From Candidatus Nanopusillus sp. (GTDB lineage Archaea; Nanobdellota; Nanobdellia; Nanobdellales; Nanobdellaceae), in contig JAPWTW010000003.1 of the NCBI GenBank assembly GCA_028275885.1, positions 30,001 to 62,000 on the forward strand: a stretch of 32,000 bases of DNA. Reading direction: 5' to 3'. The first letter of the stretch is position 1. Every line of letters begins with the position of its first letter. Below the pieces are notes generated by a model that had not been told where the DNA came from, searched no databases, and worked only from the letters and a program-made list of their open reading frames with translations. Below are positions 16,004 through 24,236 of this stretch, piece by piece. The position numbers and the translations under genes were made by a program.

Positions 16004-17113
16004 TTATTTACTTAATAATGCAATTGTCTCCATATGATATGTATGAGGAAATTGATCAACCAAAATTATGTTTTCTAATTTATAATTTCCTTTATTTATT
16101 AAGATATCTATATCTCTTTTTTGTGTTTCTGGATAACAAGAAACATAAATAATTTTCCTTGCATTAGATTCTAATATTTTTCTTATTACTTTTTTATGTA
16201 ATCCGGGTCTTGGCGGATCTACAATTATCTTATCTGCATTTATTTTCTCTAAATCTTCTACATTAGATAATAAAAATCTCACACTTCTTATATTATTTAT
16301 TTCTTTATTTAAATTAAACATTTCAAAATTTTCCTTATTATTATCTATAGCATATACATAATTAGAATATTTCCCAATTTCTATTGCATAAAAACCAGAA
16401 CCAGAATATAGATCATAGATTATATCATTTTCATTTGGATTTGTAAATTCTTTTACATATTTTAATAATATTTCTGCAGTATAACTATTTGGTTGATAAA
16501 AACTATTTGGTGAAATATAATAAAAATTATCTAAAGCTTTTTCTTTAATATATTTTTCTCCAGATAATAAATAATTTATATTTCCATATGAAACATCTGA
16601 AATTGTATCATTTATTGACCAATAAAATGAGTTAACATAATTTTTAATCTCATTATAAAATTCTAAAAATATATTTTTATAATATTCTAAATTATCTGTT
16701 TTATAAGTTATTATATTTACCATTCTTTCATTTGTAAATTTTCCTTCTCTTATTACAATATATCTTACAAAACCGGTATAATTTTTTGTATCCCATGGTT
16801 TTAAATTTTTATTTATTATAAATTCTCTAAACTTATTTCTTATTATATTTGATTCTTGAGATTGTAAAAAACATTCTTCAATATTTACATATGAATACCA
16901 TTTCCCATATTCTTTTAATCCTACTTCATATTTAGGACCAACAGCATAATCCATTCTATTTCTATAATAAATTATTTTTGGTGATTTTATAACTTCATCA
17001 GGTTCTCTTTTAAATATATTAACAAATTTCTTTATTTTATATTCTATTTGTTCATTATATGATAAATTTTGAATTTGACAACCACCGCATTTTGGAAAAT
17101 GTTTACATAGCAT
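16004..17113 (-). CDS. RumA/TrmA-type RNA (uracil-5)-methyltransferase with 4Fe-4S ligands, no TRAM domain
   Basis: Cys ligands CKHFPKCGGC plus IEECF (a C-x5-C-x2-C...C pattern as in RumA). SAM motif DLYSGSGFYAIEIG. Motif IV VDPPRPGL. Catalytic-Cys motif YVSCYPETQKRD. The ORF starts 2 residues before the first cluster Cys. Confidence 0.82.
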   Translation of the reverse strand: MLCKHFPKCGGCQIQNLSYNEQIEYKIKKFVNIFKREPDEVIKSPKIIYYRNRMDYAVGPKYEVGLKEYGKWYSYVNIEECFLQSQESNIIRNKFREFIINKNLKPWDTKNYTGFVRYIVIREGKFTNERMVNIITYKTDNLEYYKNIFLEFYNEIKNYVNSFYWSINDTISDVSYGNINYLLSGEKYIKEKALDNFYYISPNSFYQPNSYTAEILLKYVKEFTNPNENDIIYDLYSGSGFYAIEIGKYSNYVYAIDNNKENFEMFNLNKEINNIRSVRFLLSNVEDLEKINADKIIVDPPRPGLHKKVIRKILESNARKIIYVSCYPETQKRDIDILINKGNYKLENIILVDQFPHTYHMETIALLSK

Positions 17114-17154
17114 TAAGAATATTTAAAAATAAAATTTTAAAGATCCAAAAAAAT

Positions 17155-17772
17155 TTATTGATATGTTTTATAGCCCAAAGAACTACATGAAGAATAACCT
17201 GTATATGGATCTACAGAACAATACATTATATCATAATATTTAGTTGGTGGAATTGTTACTCTAAATCCCATCTGCAGATTGTGTAAAGAATAGTTTATTG
17301 TTGCATTTAAACATGGTCCTCCAATGATTGTTAGATTAACATCTACTACAGAATGTGCTGGTATTATCTGTCCATAACTTAATGTTACGTTATGTGTTTC
17401 ATCATATACAGATTCAGCTATACCAATATTTGCAGCATCGGCTGAACTTTCAAATATTGGAGTTGTACATATTATATCACCATTTGGGGTTGTAAAATCA
17501 ATAAACCATCCTCTTAATGGTATCTCTGTTGGTCCTAAATTATATAATGTAAATGAAACTGTTGCTACACTTCCATATTCAGAATATTCAACATCATGAA
17601 TTGTAAATTGTGGTACTGCAGATTGTTGTTGATTTAATTGCAATTTTATAATTGAATATCCAGCACTTTTTAAATAAACATCAACAATTATATAAGTACT
17701 TATTGCAGCTAATGCAACCAAAAATATAAAGAAAAAAAGCGATTCAAAGGCTTGTCCTTTCATTTTAGCCAT
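17155..17772 (-). CDS. Type IV pilin-like / ArlF-ArlG-like archaellum accessory protein (class III signal candidate)
   Basis: MAKMKG|QAFESLFFFIFLVALAAISTYIIV has KG|Q followed by a hydrophobic helix. The beta-rich body contains FTLYNLGPTEIPL, reminiscent of FlaF/FlaG-type domains. It overlaps the upstream archaellin by 8 nt. An alternative ATG at 17763 would give MKG|Q with no overlap. Confidence 0.5.
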   Translation of the reverse strand: MAKMKGQAFESLFFFIFLVALAAISTYIIVDVYLKSAGYSIIKLQLNQQQSAVPQFTIHDVEYSEYGSVATVSFTLYNLGPTEIPLRGWFIDFTTPNGDIICTTPIFESSADAANIGIAESVYDETHNVTLSYGQIIPAHSVVDVNLTIIGGPCLNATINYSLHNLQMGFRVTIPPTKYYDIMYCSVDPYTGYSSCSSLGYKTYQ

Positions 17773-18358
17773 ATAATATTACTGTTGGATATATCAATGC
17801 TGGTGGAGTTACGCCAGCTAGATCATATGGTTGTCCGTTTGGTGGTATTATAGAGAATTCCCATGTTTGTGAAGTTCCTAATGATAGATTAGCATATACT
17901 AATAGTGCTGCTAAGTCATTTGGTCCTAATACTCCATTATATAATAATCCTGAATTTGATACTGAATCTTGTTGATCAATGTAATAATATCCTGTATATT
18001 GTGTTACTAGTGAAGAGTCTGCTACAGCTCCTCCATATACAAATACTTGTCTACCAGCTGGAGCATAGAATATTACTGCTGTTTGATTTAATAATATTGG
18101 CTGTGATCCTGGTGCTAATTTTGTATATACTAAGAACTTTTGTACTGTTTGTGATGTTGTATTAACATTTATACCCTCTACTCTTACAATTTCTACAGTT
18201 GTACCAGATGTTTGTACTGTTTGTTGTGCTGCAGCTGCTGCATGTCCTTGTGCACTAGTTGTTGCCCCAATAATTACTAATGCTGCTATTGCTGCTGTCA
18301 ATGCTGCTGCTATAAACAATACCATTGCTGAAAAACCAGATCCTCCCTGACCTTTCAT
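17765..18358 (-). CDS. arlB: Archaellin (short, 197 aa; FlaB/ArlB family)
   Basis: MKG|QGGSGFSAMVLFIAAALTAAIAALVIIGATTSAQG...TSGTTVEIVRVEG...LAPGSQPILLNQTAVIF shows the archaellin N-domain and the GSxPI motif. The Ala-rich N-terminus makes a GC-rich patch. Confidence 0.75.
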   Translation of the reverse strand: MKGQGGSGFSAMVLFIAAALTAAIAALVIIGATTSAQGHAAAAAQQTVQTSGTTVEIVRVEGINVNTTSQTVQKFLVYTKLAPGSQPILLNQTAVIFYAPAGRQVFVYGGAVADSSLVTQYTGYYYIDQQDSVSNSGLLYNGVLGPNDLAALLVYANLSLGTSQTWEFSIIPPNGQPYDLAGVTPPALIYPTVILYG

Positions 18359-18418
18359 ACTTTATTAAACACTCTTCCTATTTATATAAATTTGCTAATC
18401 AATGATGTTAACTAAATT

Positions 18419-18493
18419 TGCCCCCGCCGGGATTTGAACCCGGGTCATAGGGACGAAAACCCTATATCCTAGACCAGACTAGACGACGGGGGC
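18419..18493 (-). tRNA. tRNA-Glu (anticodon UUC)
   Basis: Manual cloverleaf: GCCCCCG-TC-GTCT-AGTCTGGTCTA-GGAT-A-TAGGG-TTTTCGT-CCCTA-TGAC-CCGGG-TTCAAAT-CCCGG-CGGGGGC-A. It is 75 nt with no intron and no CCA. Confidence 0.9.
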
Positions 18494-18589
18494 GTATTTA
18501 TTTTACTTATAGATAATATTATATAAAGTTTTATTTAAATTTTATAACAATGTTATGAATTTAAAAATATAATATATATTTTTAAATAT

Positions 18590-19933
18590 ATGGAAGAAAT
18601 AACTATAAGAGGTCCCTTAAATGAAGAAAAAATCAAAAAAATATCTGAGATATTAAATGAACCTGAATGGATGACAAATATAAGATTAAAAGGATTAAAT
18701 TATTTTAATAAATTAGATTTACCAAATTTCGGACCTGAAATAAATAATATTGACTTTAATAATATGATATATTATAGAGGTATAACTAAAGAAAATAGAC
18801 CAAAAAGATGGGAGGATTTACCAAAGGATATAAGAGATAAAATAGAAAAATTAGGACTAAAAAAAGAATTTGAAAGGGAATTTTTATCAGGATTATTATA
18901 TCAACATGATTCTTCCTCAATATATAAAGAAATAAGGAAATATCTAAATCAGGAAGGTATTATTTTTATGCCTTTATCACAAGCAGTAAGAGATTATCCG
19001 GAAATTGTAAAAGAATATTTTGGAAAAATTGTTTCTTTTGGAGATAATAAATTTGCAGCATTAAATACAGCTGTATGGAGTGGGGGTGTATTTATTTATG
19101 TACCAGAAAATGTTAAAATAGACTTTCCATTACAGGCATATTTTTGGATAGGAACAGAAAATCTAGGACAATTTGAAAGAACTTTAATAATAGCAGATAA
19201 AAATTCTAGAGTAACTTATATAGAAGGATGTACAGCCCCAATATATAATATATCTTCATTACATGCTGCAGTAGTAGAAGTTTTTGCAAAAGATAGTTCA
19301 GAAGTTACTTATGCTACAATTCAAAACTGGTCTAGAAATATATATAATTTAGTAACAAAAAGAGCAAAGGTATATAAAAATGCTAAAATTAAATGGATAT
19401 CTGCAGAATTTGGAAGTAAAGTAACAATGTTATACCCTGGATTAATTTTAGAAGAGAATTCTATGGGAGAGATTTATACAATATCTATTGCAAATGAAAA
19501 TCAAATAATAGACACTGGTGGAAGAATATTGGTAAATGGAAGAAATTCTAAAGGATATATCATAACAAAATCTATATCAATAAATGGAAAAGCTATAAAT
19601 AGAATAGATATAAAGATATTTAGTAATTCTGAAAATTCAAAAGTTATATCTAAATGTGACTCTTTAATAGAAGGAAATGGAATAGTAGAATCTATACCAA
19701 GAATAGAAATTTACAATAATAAGAATTATTATAATCATGAAGCAAAAACTGAAAAAATTGATAAACAAAAATTACTTTATTTACAAAGTTTAGGTATAGA
19801 TAAAAAGAAAGCTAAAAGATTAATATATATGGGATTTGCAGATGACATTCTAAAGAACTTTCCACCCTCCTATCAAATAAGAATTAAAAAACTTTTAGAA
19901 ATAGAATTAGAAGAAATTGGAGGATTTGGCTAA
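18590..19933 (+). CDS. sufB: Fe-S cluster assembly scaffold SufB
   Basis: ALNTAVWSGGVFIYVPENVKIDFPLQAYF, ERTLIIADKNSRVTYIEGCTAP (the SufB-specific Cys), ATIQNWS and the C-terminal LLYLQSLGIDKKKAKRLIYMGF. No sufC or sufD is adjacent. Confidence 0.88.
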   Translation: MEEITIRGPLNEEKIKKISEILNEPEWMTNIRLKGLNYFNKLDLPNFGPEINNIDFNNMIYYRGITKENRPKRWEDLPKDIRDKIEKLGLKKEFEREFLSGLLYQHDSSSIYKEIRKYLNQEGIIFMPLSQAVRDYPEIVKEYFGKIVSFGDNKFAALNTAVWSGGVFIYVPENVKIDFPLQAYFWIGTENLGQFERTLIIADKNSRVTYIEGCTAPIYNISSLHAAVVEVFAKDSSEVTYATIQNWSRNIYNLVTKRAKVYKNAKIKWISAEFGSKVTMLYPGLILEENSMGEIYTISIANENQIIDTGGRILVNGRNSKGYIITKSISINGKAINRIDIKIFSNSENSKVISKCDSLIEGNGIVESIPRIEIYNNKNYYNHEAKTEKIDKQKLLYLQSLGIDKKKAKRLIYMGFADDILKNFPPSYQIRIKKLLEIELEEIGGFG

Positions 19934-22246
19934 TTATTTAAATAACCAATTATATATTATTTTTATATCTTTCTTTATTACTCTTCTAGCTTCAAATTTC
20001 TTAATTTTAAAATAATCTGATATTTTTGCAAAACTCCATGATAATAAAAATTTTCCTATCAATAATTCTTCTCTATCTATTTTTGGTTTATCCTTTTCAG
20101 TATATAATAAATAATAAATATATAATAATTTTGCAATATCTGCAGCAGCTTCATATGTCATAGGCGAAGATAAATAACCTTTCAGTCTTTCTATTTGATT
20201 ATCCGTCAAATTCAACTTATAATGTGGCTTAAATCTATATGGAGTTTCCAACATTTTTAATATTAATTCTGGTGATAAATCAAAATATACATCTGATATT
20301 TGATTTATCAATCTCCATCTAAATTCATAATTTAGCTTTTTAACTATTTTTTCTGATTCCTCGTTTAGTGGTTTTATTACTATACCAGAATATTCTCCAG
20401 AAACCTTGTTTTTTTCTGGAGATAAATGAACTAATACAAAATTATTTTTTTGCCAAAAATTTAATAATTCATAAGTTATACCAAAACTAGAACCTATCCA
20501 ATCATAATTATTTTCTTTAGCCCAATTATACAGTTTATCCAACGCTAAAGATCCCAAACCCATTCCCTGAACTTCAGGTACTGTAGCAATTCTAACAATC
20601 CTCAATCCTTTTAATTTAGCAAATTCTTTTATTCTATAATGTTTTACTATTATATCTGGTATTATATTTCCTTTTGGTTTATAATCCTTTAACATTTTAT
20701 TGATTGTATCGTCATCTATACCACCTTCATATGCAATATGTATTCCATTTACAATTTTTCCATTTGATAATTCTAAAACAAAAGCATCATGATGTGGTGC
20801 ATCAGCAAGCATTGCTATATCATTTGGTTTATTTTGATAATGTGCTAAAATATATATTCCAACAAAATTCTTTAATTTAGGATCATCATTATAAAACCAT
20901 TCTTTCATCGGTATTTTATAAAATCTAACATCTCTATTTTTTATTAACTCTTTATCATTCTCATTAATTTCTGAAACTTCAGAGTCTAATAATAATGTAT
21001 CATATAACCATTTTTCAATTGGATCTTCTCCATTATATCTAATTGGCTCAACCATATTATATTTATATATTTTAAAATCTTTCAGAAAATTTAGATATTT
21101 CAAAAATTTGACAGAAAAAGATCTACCTGCTCCCTCATATCCATGAATTGTAGAAGAGAATACAATTTTATCATATCTTTTAGTATACTCTAATAATATA
21201 TTTATACCAATACCTGCAGCTTCATCAACAAATAAAATATCATATTTTTTTCCCAAAATCTCTGATGGCTTTCTATATTCAATATATATCTTATTGCCTA
21301 TTACTATCTTTCTTTCATTTATTTCTTTATATTTTATATTGTTCTTATTTAATCCCAACTTCAAAAATTCAAATAATGTTTCTACATTATTGAATTCTGG
21401 AGATGTTATACCAATATCATATACTCCTTTACTATTTAATAATATTTCAGAAATTCCAGCGATTACCAAACCAAGAGATGCACTTTTCCCTCTTCCTCTA
21501 TCTGCAATAATTAAATATATTGATTTTTCATCATTTAATAAATTTTCTAAAAGAGAAAGAACATTTACCTGATCTTGTGTTAAACATAATTTATATATTC
21601 TATCTGAAAACTTTCTATTATCTGGCAATAATATTTTCTTTCTTCCAGGTGGATATGCTTCCTCTAATATACATTCATCATTTATTCCTTTTATTAATCC
21701 TTTTTCTATATCATATATAATTATATTGTCATATTGAAGTAATTTGTTTTTGAATCTATGTTCAAAATATTTTTTTACATCTTCTAACTTATATGGGGGG
21801 GTTAATAAATGCTCATGAAAAGTTGTATAATTTTCTTCAAAATGTTCAAAATCTTTAATTAAAAAGAACGCAATACCCATACCAGATAGAGTTTCAATAA
21901 TTCTACCTATATAATCTGGGGTTAAAGATTTATACATATCTAAAATCAATATATCATACGTTTTTCCTAAAATTTTTTTAGAATTTTTATATTTAATTTT
22001 TTCTATATCTAAAAAATCTACCTTTTCTTTCAGTTTTTGAAATCTATATAAAAAATCGCTATTAAAGTCTTCAGAAATATATAAGATCTTTATGTTATTT
22101 TTAAAATTCCCAATTCTTTCATAGTATATTTTTAATAAATTAGATAAAATATCAAAATAATCTTTACCTGATAAAACAACAATTCCTCTATGATTATTTT
22201 TAATTATTTTACACAATAATTTATTATAATCATTTAATATGTCCAT
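19934..22246 (-). CDS. tmcA: tRNA cytidine N4-acetyltransferase TmcA (Nat10/Kre33 homologue)
   Basis: Walker A ADRGRGKSASLG. Walker B LFVDEAAGI. STIHGYEGAGRSFSVKF. GNAT acetyl-CoA motif RIVRIATVPEVQGMGLGSLAL. The ORF-track start at 22264 is a TTG. I prefer the ATG at 22246 (MDILNDYNKLL...). The stop abuts the sufB stop (19933/19934). Confidence 0.85.
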   Translation of the reverse strand: MDILNDYNKLLCKIIKNNHRGIVVLSGKDYFDILSNLLKIYYERIGNFKNNIKILYISEDFNSDFLYRFQKLKEKVDFLDIEKIKYKNSKKILGKTYDILILDMYKSLTPDYIGRIIETLSGMGIAFFLIKDFEHFEENYTTFHEHLLTPPYKLEDVKKYFEHRFKNKLLQYDNIIIYDIEKGLIKGINDECILEEAYPPGRKKILLPDNRKFSDRIYKLCLTQDQVNVLSLLENLLNDEKSIYLIIADRGRGKSASLGLVIAGISEILLNSKGVYDIGITSPEFNNVETLFEFLKLGLNKNNIKYKEINERKIVIGNKIYIEYRKPSEILGKKYDILFVDEAAGIGINILLEYTKRYDKIVFSSTIHGYEGAGRSFSVKFLKYLNFLKDFKIYKYNMVEPIRYNGEDPIEKWLYDTLLLDSEVSEINENDKELIKNRDVRFYKIPMKEWFYNDDPKLKNFVGIYILAHYQNKPNDIAMLADAPHHDAFVLELSNGKIVNGIHIAYEGGIDDDTINKMLKDYKPKGNIIPDIIVKHYRIKEFAKLKGLRIVRIATVPEVQGMGLGSLALDKLYNWAKENNYDWIGSSFGITYELLNFWQKNNFVLVHLSPEKNKVSGEYSGIVIKPLNEESEKIVKKLNYEFRWRLINQISDVYFDLSPELILKMLETPYRFKPHYKLNLTDNQIERLKGYLSSPMTYEAAADIAKLLYIYYLLYTEKDKPKIDREELLIGKFLLSWSFAKISDYFKIKKFEARRVIKKDIKIIYNWLFK

Positions 22247-22276
22247 ATATAAAATATTAACCAATTACTTATAATT

Positions 22277-22426
22277 GTTTAAGAAAATATTAACTTTTTG
22301 TTAAAGCTATATTAAATTACGTTAAAACATTAAAATATTTTGTTAATAGGATATTAAATAACAGATAAACATTAATTAAATAACGTTAAAATGTTAATCA
22401 TATATGTTAAATAGATGTTAAGTTAA
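22277..22426. repeat. Intergenic array of GTTAA / RTTAA motifs with ~21-bp phasing, including a 17/20 imperfect direct repeat
   Basis: GTTAA starts at 22300, 22321, 22342, 22385, 22393, 22406, 22417 and 22422. GTTTAA lies at 22277 and an inverted TTAAC at 22290. AAATTACGTTAAAACATTAA (22314-22333) versus AAATAACGTTAAAATGTTAA (22378-22397) are 17/20 identical, 64 nt apart. Confidence 0.6.
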
Positions 22427-24195
22427 AGTAAATAATATCTTAATTTTGTATCGAGCGATTTTAATAATTTTTGATCATCTACAAAAACTATAGAGAGTCC
22501 TTTAGATATTCCTCCAGAATATAATCTGGAGGTTCTTCCAGAAGCCTGTAAATATGTCTTAAGATCCACAATATTTAAATATATGTTTTTATTTTCATCT
22601 ATTTCTATAGAAACATCTGGATTTTCTTTTAATTTTTCTAATATTTCCAGTCTATCGAGATAAATTTTCAAAATATTGTATAATGTTAATATATCATCGG
22701 CAAATAACTTTAAATATCCGACTAATTCAACATTATTTCCATTTAAAAAGTCAGAAATTAATTTTAAATCTCCAGAAGACATTTTTTTCATATTTTTTCT
22801 CAATCTTGTAAGAATTTTTGTTATTTTATCTTTTTCTATCTCAGGTATATAAGGCAAAATTAAGTTAGATAAAATAATTATGTTCATTATATTTTTCTCA
22901 AGATTTTTAATATTTATTTTTATCTTCGGTATACCCAAAAATATTGCATATTTTATTCTTTCAGGCATATTAATTCCCCTAGTTAATATTCCATATGGAT
23001 CTGTAATACTAATTAAGAAATTTATTTTTTCTTCATAAAAATCATTTAATATACTCTCAATTTCTTTTGCTTTTGTTTTTGAATATATCAAACCAACTTT
23101 TATATTATTTGATATTAAATAGTTATAAATTTCTTTCATATATTCTATTCCTTTCTCTTTTGGAACAAATATTAATGCTCCATCTTCCAACTCTTTTAAT
23201 AAATCTAATAATTCTTCTTTTATATCTTTTTTGGGAATATAATATACATCTACAACATTTCTAATCTTTGAACTTCCAGTTCCAATAGTAAAGTTAGCTA
23301 ATTCTTTATACAATCTTACCCTTTTCCCCCTTAAATTACCAGTAGCTGAAGATAAAACAATTATTCCGTGATTTTTATTTTTAATCTCTAAAAACTTTTT
23401 ATATAAATCGCTATTAAAATCTAATTTACCAGTTAATTTTAGATCTATTACTTTTTTAGCAATATTTATATCATCTTCACTATAACCTATTAAAATAAAT
23501 AGTTTTTCAATATTTTTTGATCCTTTAAAAAAAGAATCTACATCATCTACAAAAGCAATATCAAATTTTTTATCTTTTAATATTTCAAAATTTTTAGTTA
23601 AAAACTGATTTGAAATAATTAATATATTAAATTCACCATTCTTTATTTTTTCTTTAATTTCTTTTTTATTACCACCATAATACGCTATAAACTTTATATT
23701 TAGATTTAAGCTACTTATAAATTTATCAAATAAATCATTAAATTGTCTTACAAGCAATCTTGTAGGTAATATTATTATTATTTTTTTGTTATATTCACTA
23801 GAAAAGTAAATAGATGAAATTATAATAAATGTTGATTTTCCAACACCTGTAGGTGCTATCATAGAAAAACTACTGTTTTTATATAATCTTTCAAACCACA
23901 TTATTTGTACTTTCCATGGATTAGAATTTAATAACTTTTTAAAAAATTCAGAAAATTTATTAACTTCTTTATATAAATTATAAATATTTGAATAATCTTT
24001 TAATTTTTCCTTTTCAGATAATTTTTTATATAAAAATTCTCTAAAAGCATTTTCATCTTTTATATTTAATAAGTCTAATATTTCATTATCATCCAAATCA
24101 TTTTCACAAGGAAGACCATTTGAAAGTCTATAAGAAGAAATTATACCATTACAATTAAAACATAAATTTTTTATATATAGAGGAATGTAATCCAT
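22423..24195 (-). CDS. rgy: Reverse gyrase, helicase-like N-terminal half only (split gene)
   Basis: N-terminal Cys-rich CFNCNG...LPCE. Walker A MIAPTGVGKST. Motif II AFVDDVDSF. Motif III SSATG. Motif VI YLQASGRTSRLYSGGISKGLSIVFVDD. The ORF stops about 20 aa after motif VI. No topoisomerase IA domain follows; the next gene is tmcA. Confidence 0.8.
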   Translation of the reverse strand: MDYIPLYIKNLCFNCNGIISSYRLSNGLPCENDLDDNEILDLLNIKDENAFREFLYKKLSEKEKLKDYSNIYNLYKEVNKFSEFFKKLLNSNPWKVQIMWFERLYKNSSFSMIAPTGVGKSTFIIISSIYFSSEYNKKIIIILPTRLLVRQFNDLFDKFISSLNLNIKFIAYYGGNKKEIKEKIKNGEFNILIISNQFLTKNFEILKDKKFDIAFVDDVDSFFKGSKNIEKLFILIGYSEDDINIAKKVIDLKLTGKLDFNSDLYKKFLEIKNKNHGIIVLSSATGNLRGKRVRLYKELANFTIGTGSSKIRNVVDVYYIPKKDIKEELLDLLKELEDGALIFVPKEKGIEYMKEIYNYLISNNIKVGLIYSKTKAKEIESILNDFYEEKINFLISITDPYGILTRGINMPERIKYAIFLGIPKIKINIKNLEKNIMNIIILSNLILPYIPEIEKDKITKILTRLRKNMKKMSSGDLKLISDFLNGNNVELVGYLKLFADDILTLYNILKIYLDRLEILEKLKENPDVSIEIDENKNIYLNIVDLKTYLQASGRTSRLYSGGISKGLSIVFVDDQKLLKSLDTKLRYYLL

Positions 24196-24236
24196 ATTTT
24201 CTTTTATTTTAAAAATTAATTTAAAAATATTCTATT

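Noticed and set aside
12063-18447. Direct 28-nt repeats at two tRNA 3' ends as attL/attR of an integrated element (6.4 kb between them)
   Set aside because: Each repeat belongs to a complete, different tRNA (Asp versus Glu). The interval holds housekeeping genes (thrS, endA, archaellins) and no integrase. The identity is explained by tRNA homology.
174-18540. Leaderless tRNA transcription / RNase P independence, as described for N. equitans
   Set aside because: All four tRNAs start with G. However, the best TATA-like boxes lie at different distances: TTTATATA ends at -27 for Glu and -30 for Lys, and Thr and Asp have only weaker boxes nearer the gene. I cannot show a fixed promoter-to-+1 spacing from four genes in AT-rich DNA. 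This needs 5'-end mapping and a genome-wide RNase P RNA/protein search.
22277-22426. CRISPR array or replication origin interpretation of the GTTAA-rich spacer
   Set aside because: The repeats are 5-20 nt and irregularly spaced, with no 25-40-nt repeat/spacer periodicity. There are no cas genes, no ORB-like G-string elements and no adjacent orc1/cdc6. I kept it only as a protein-binding array candidate.
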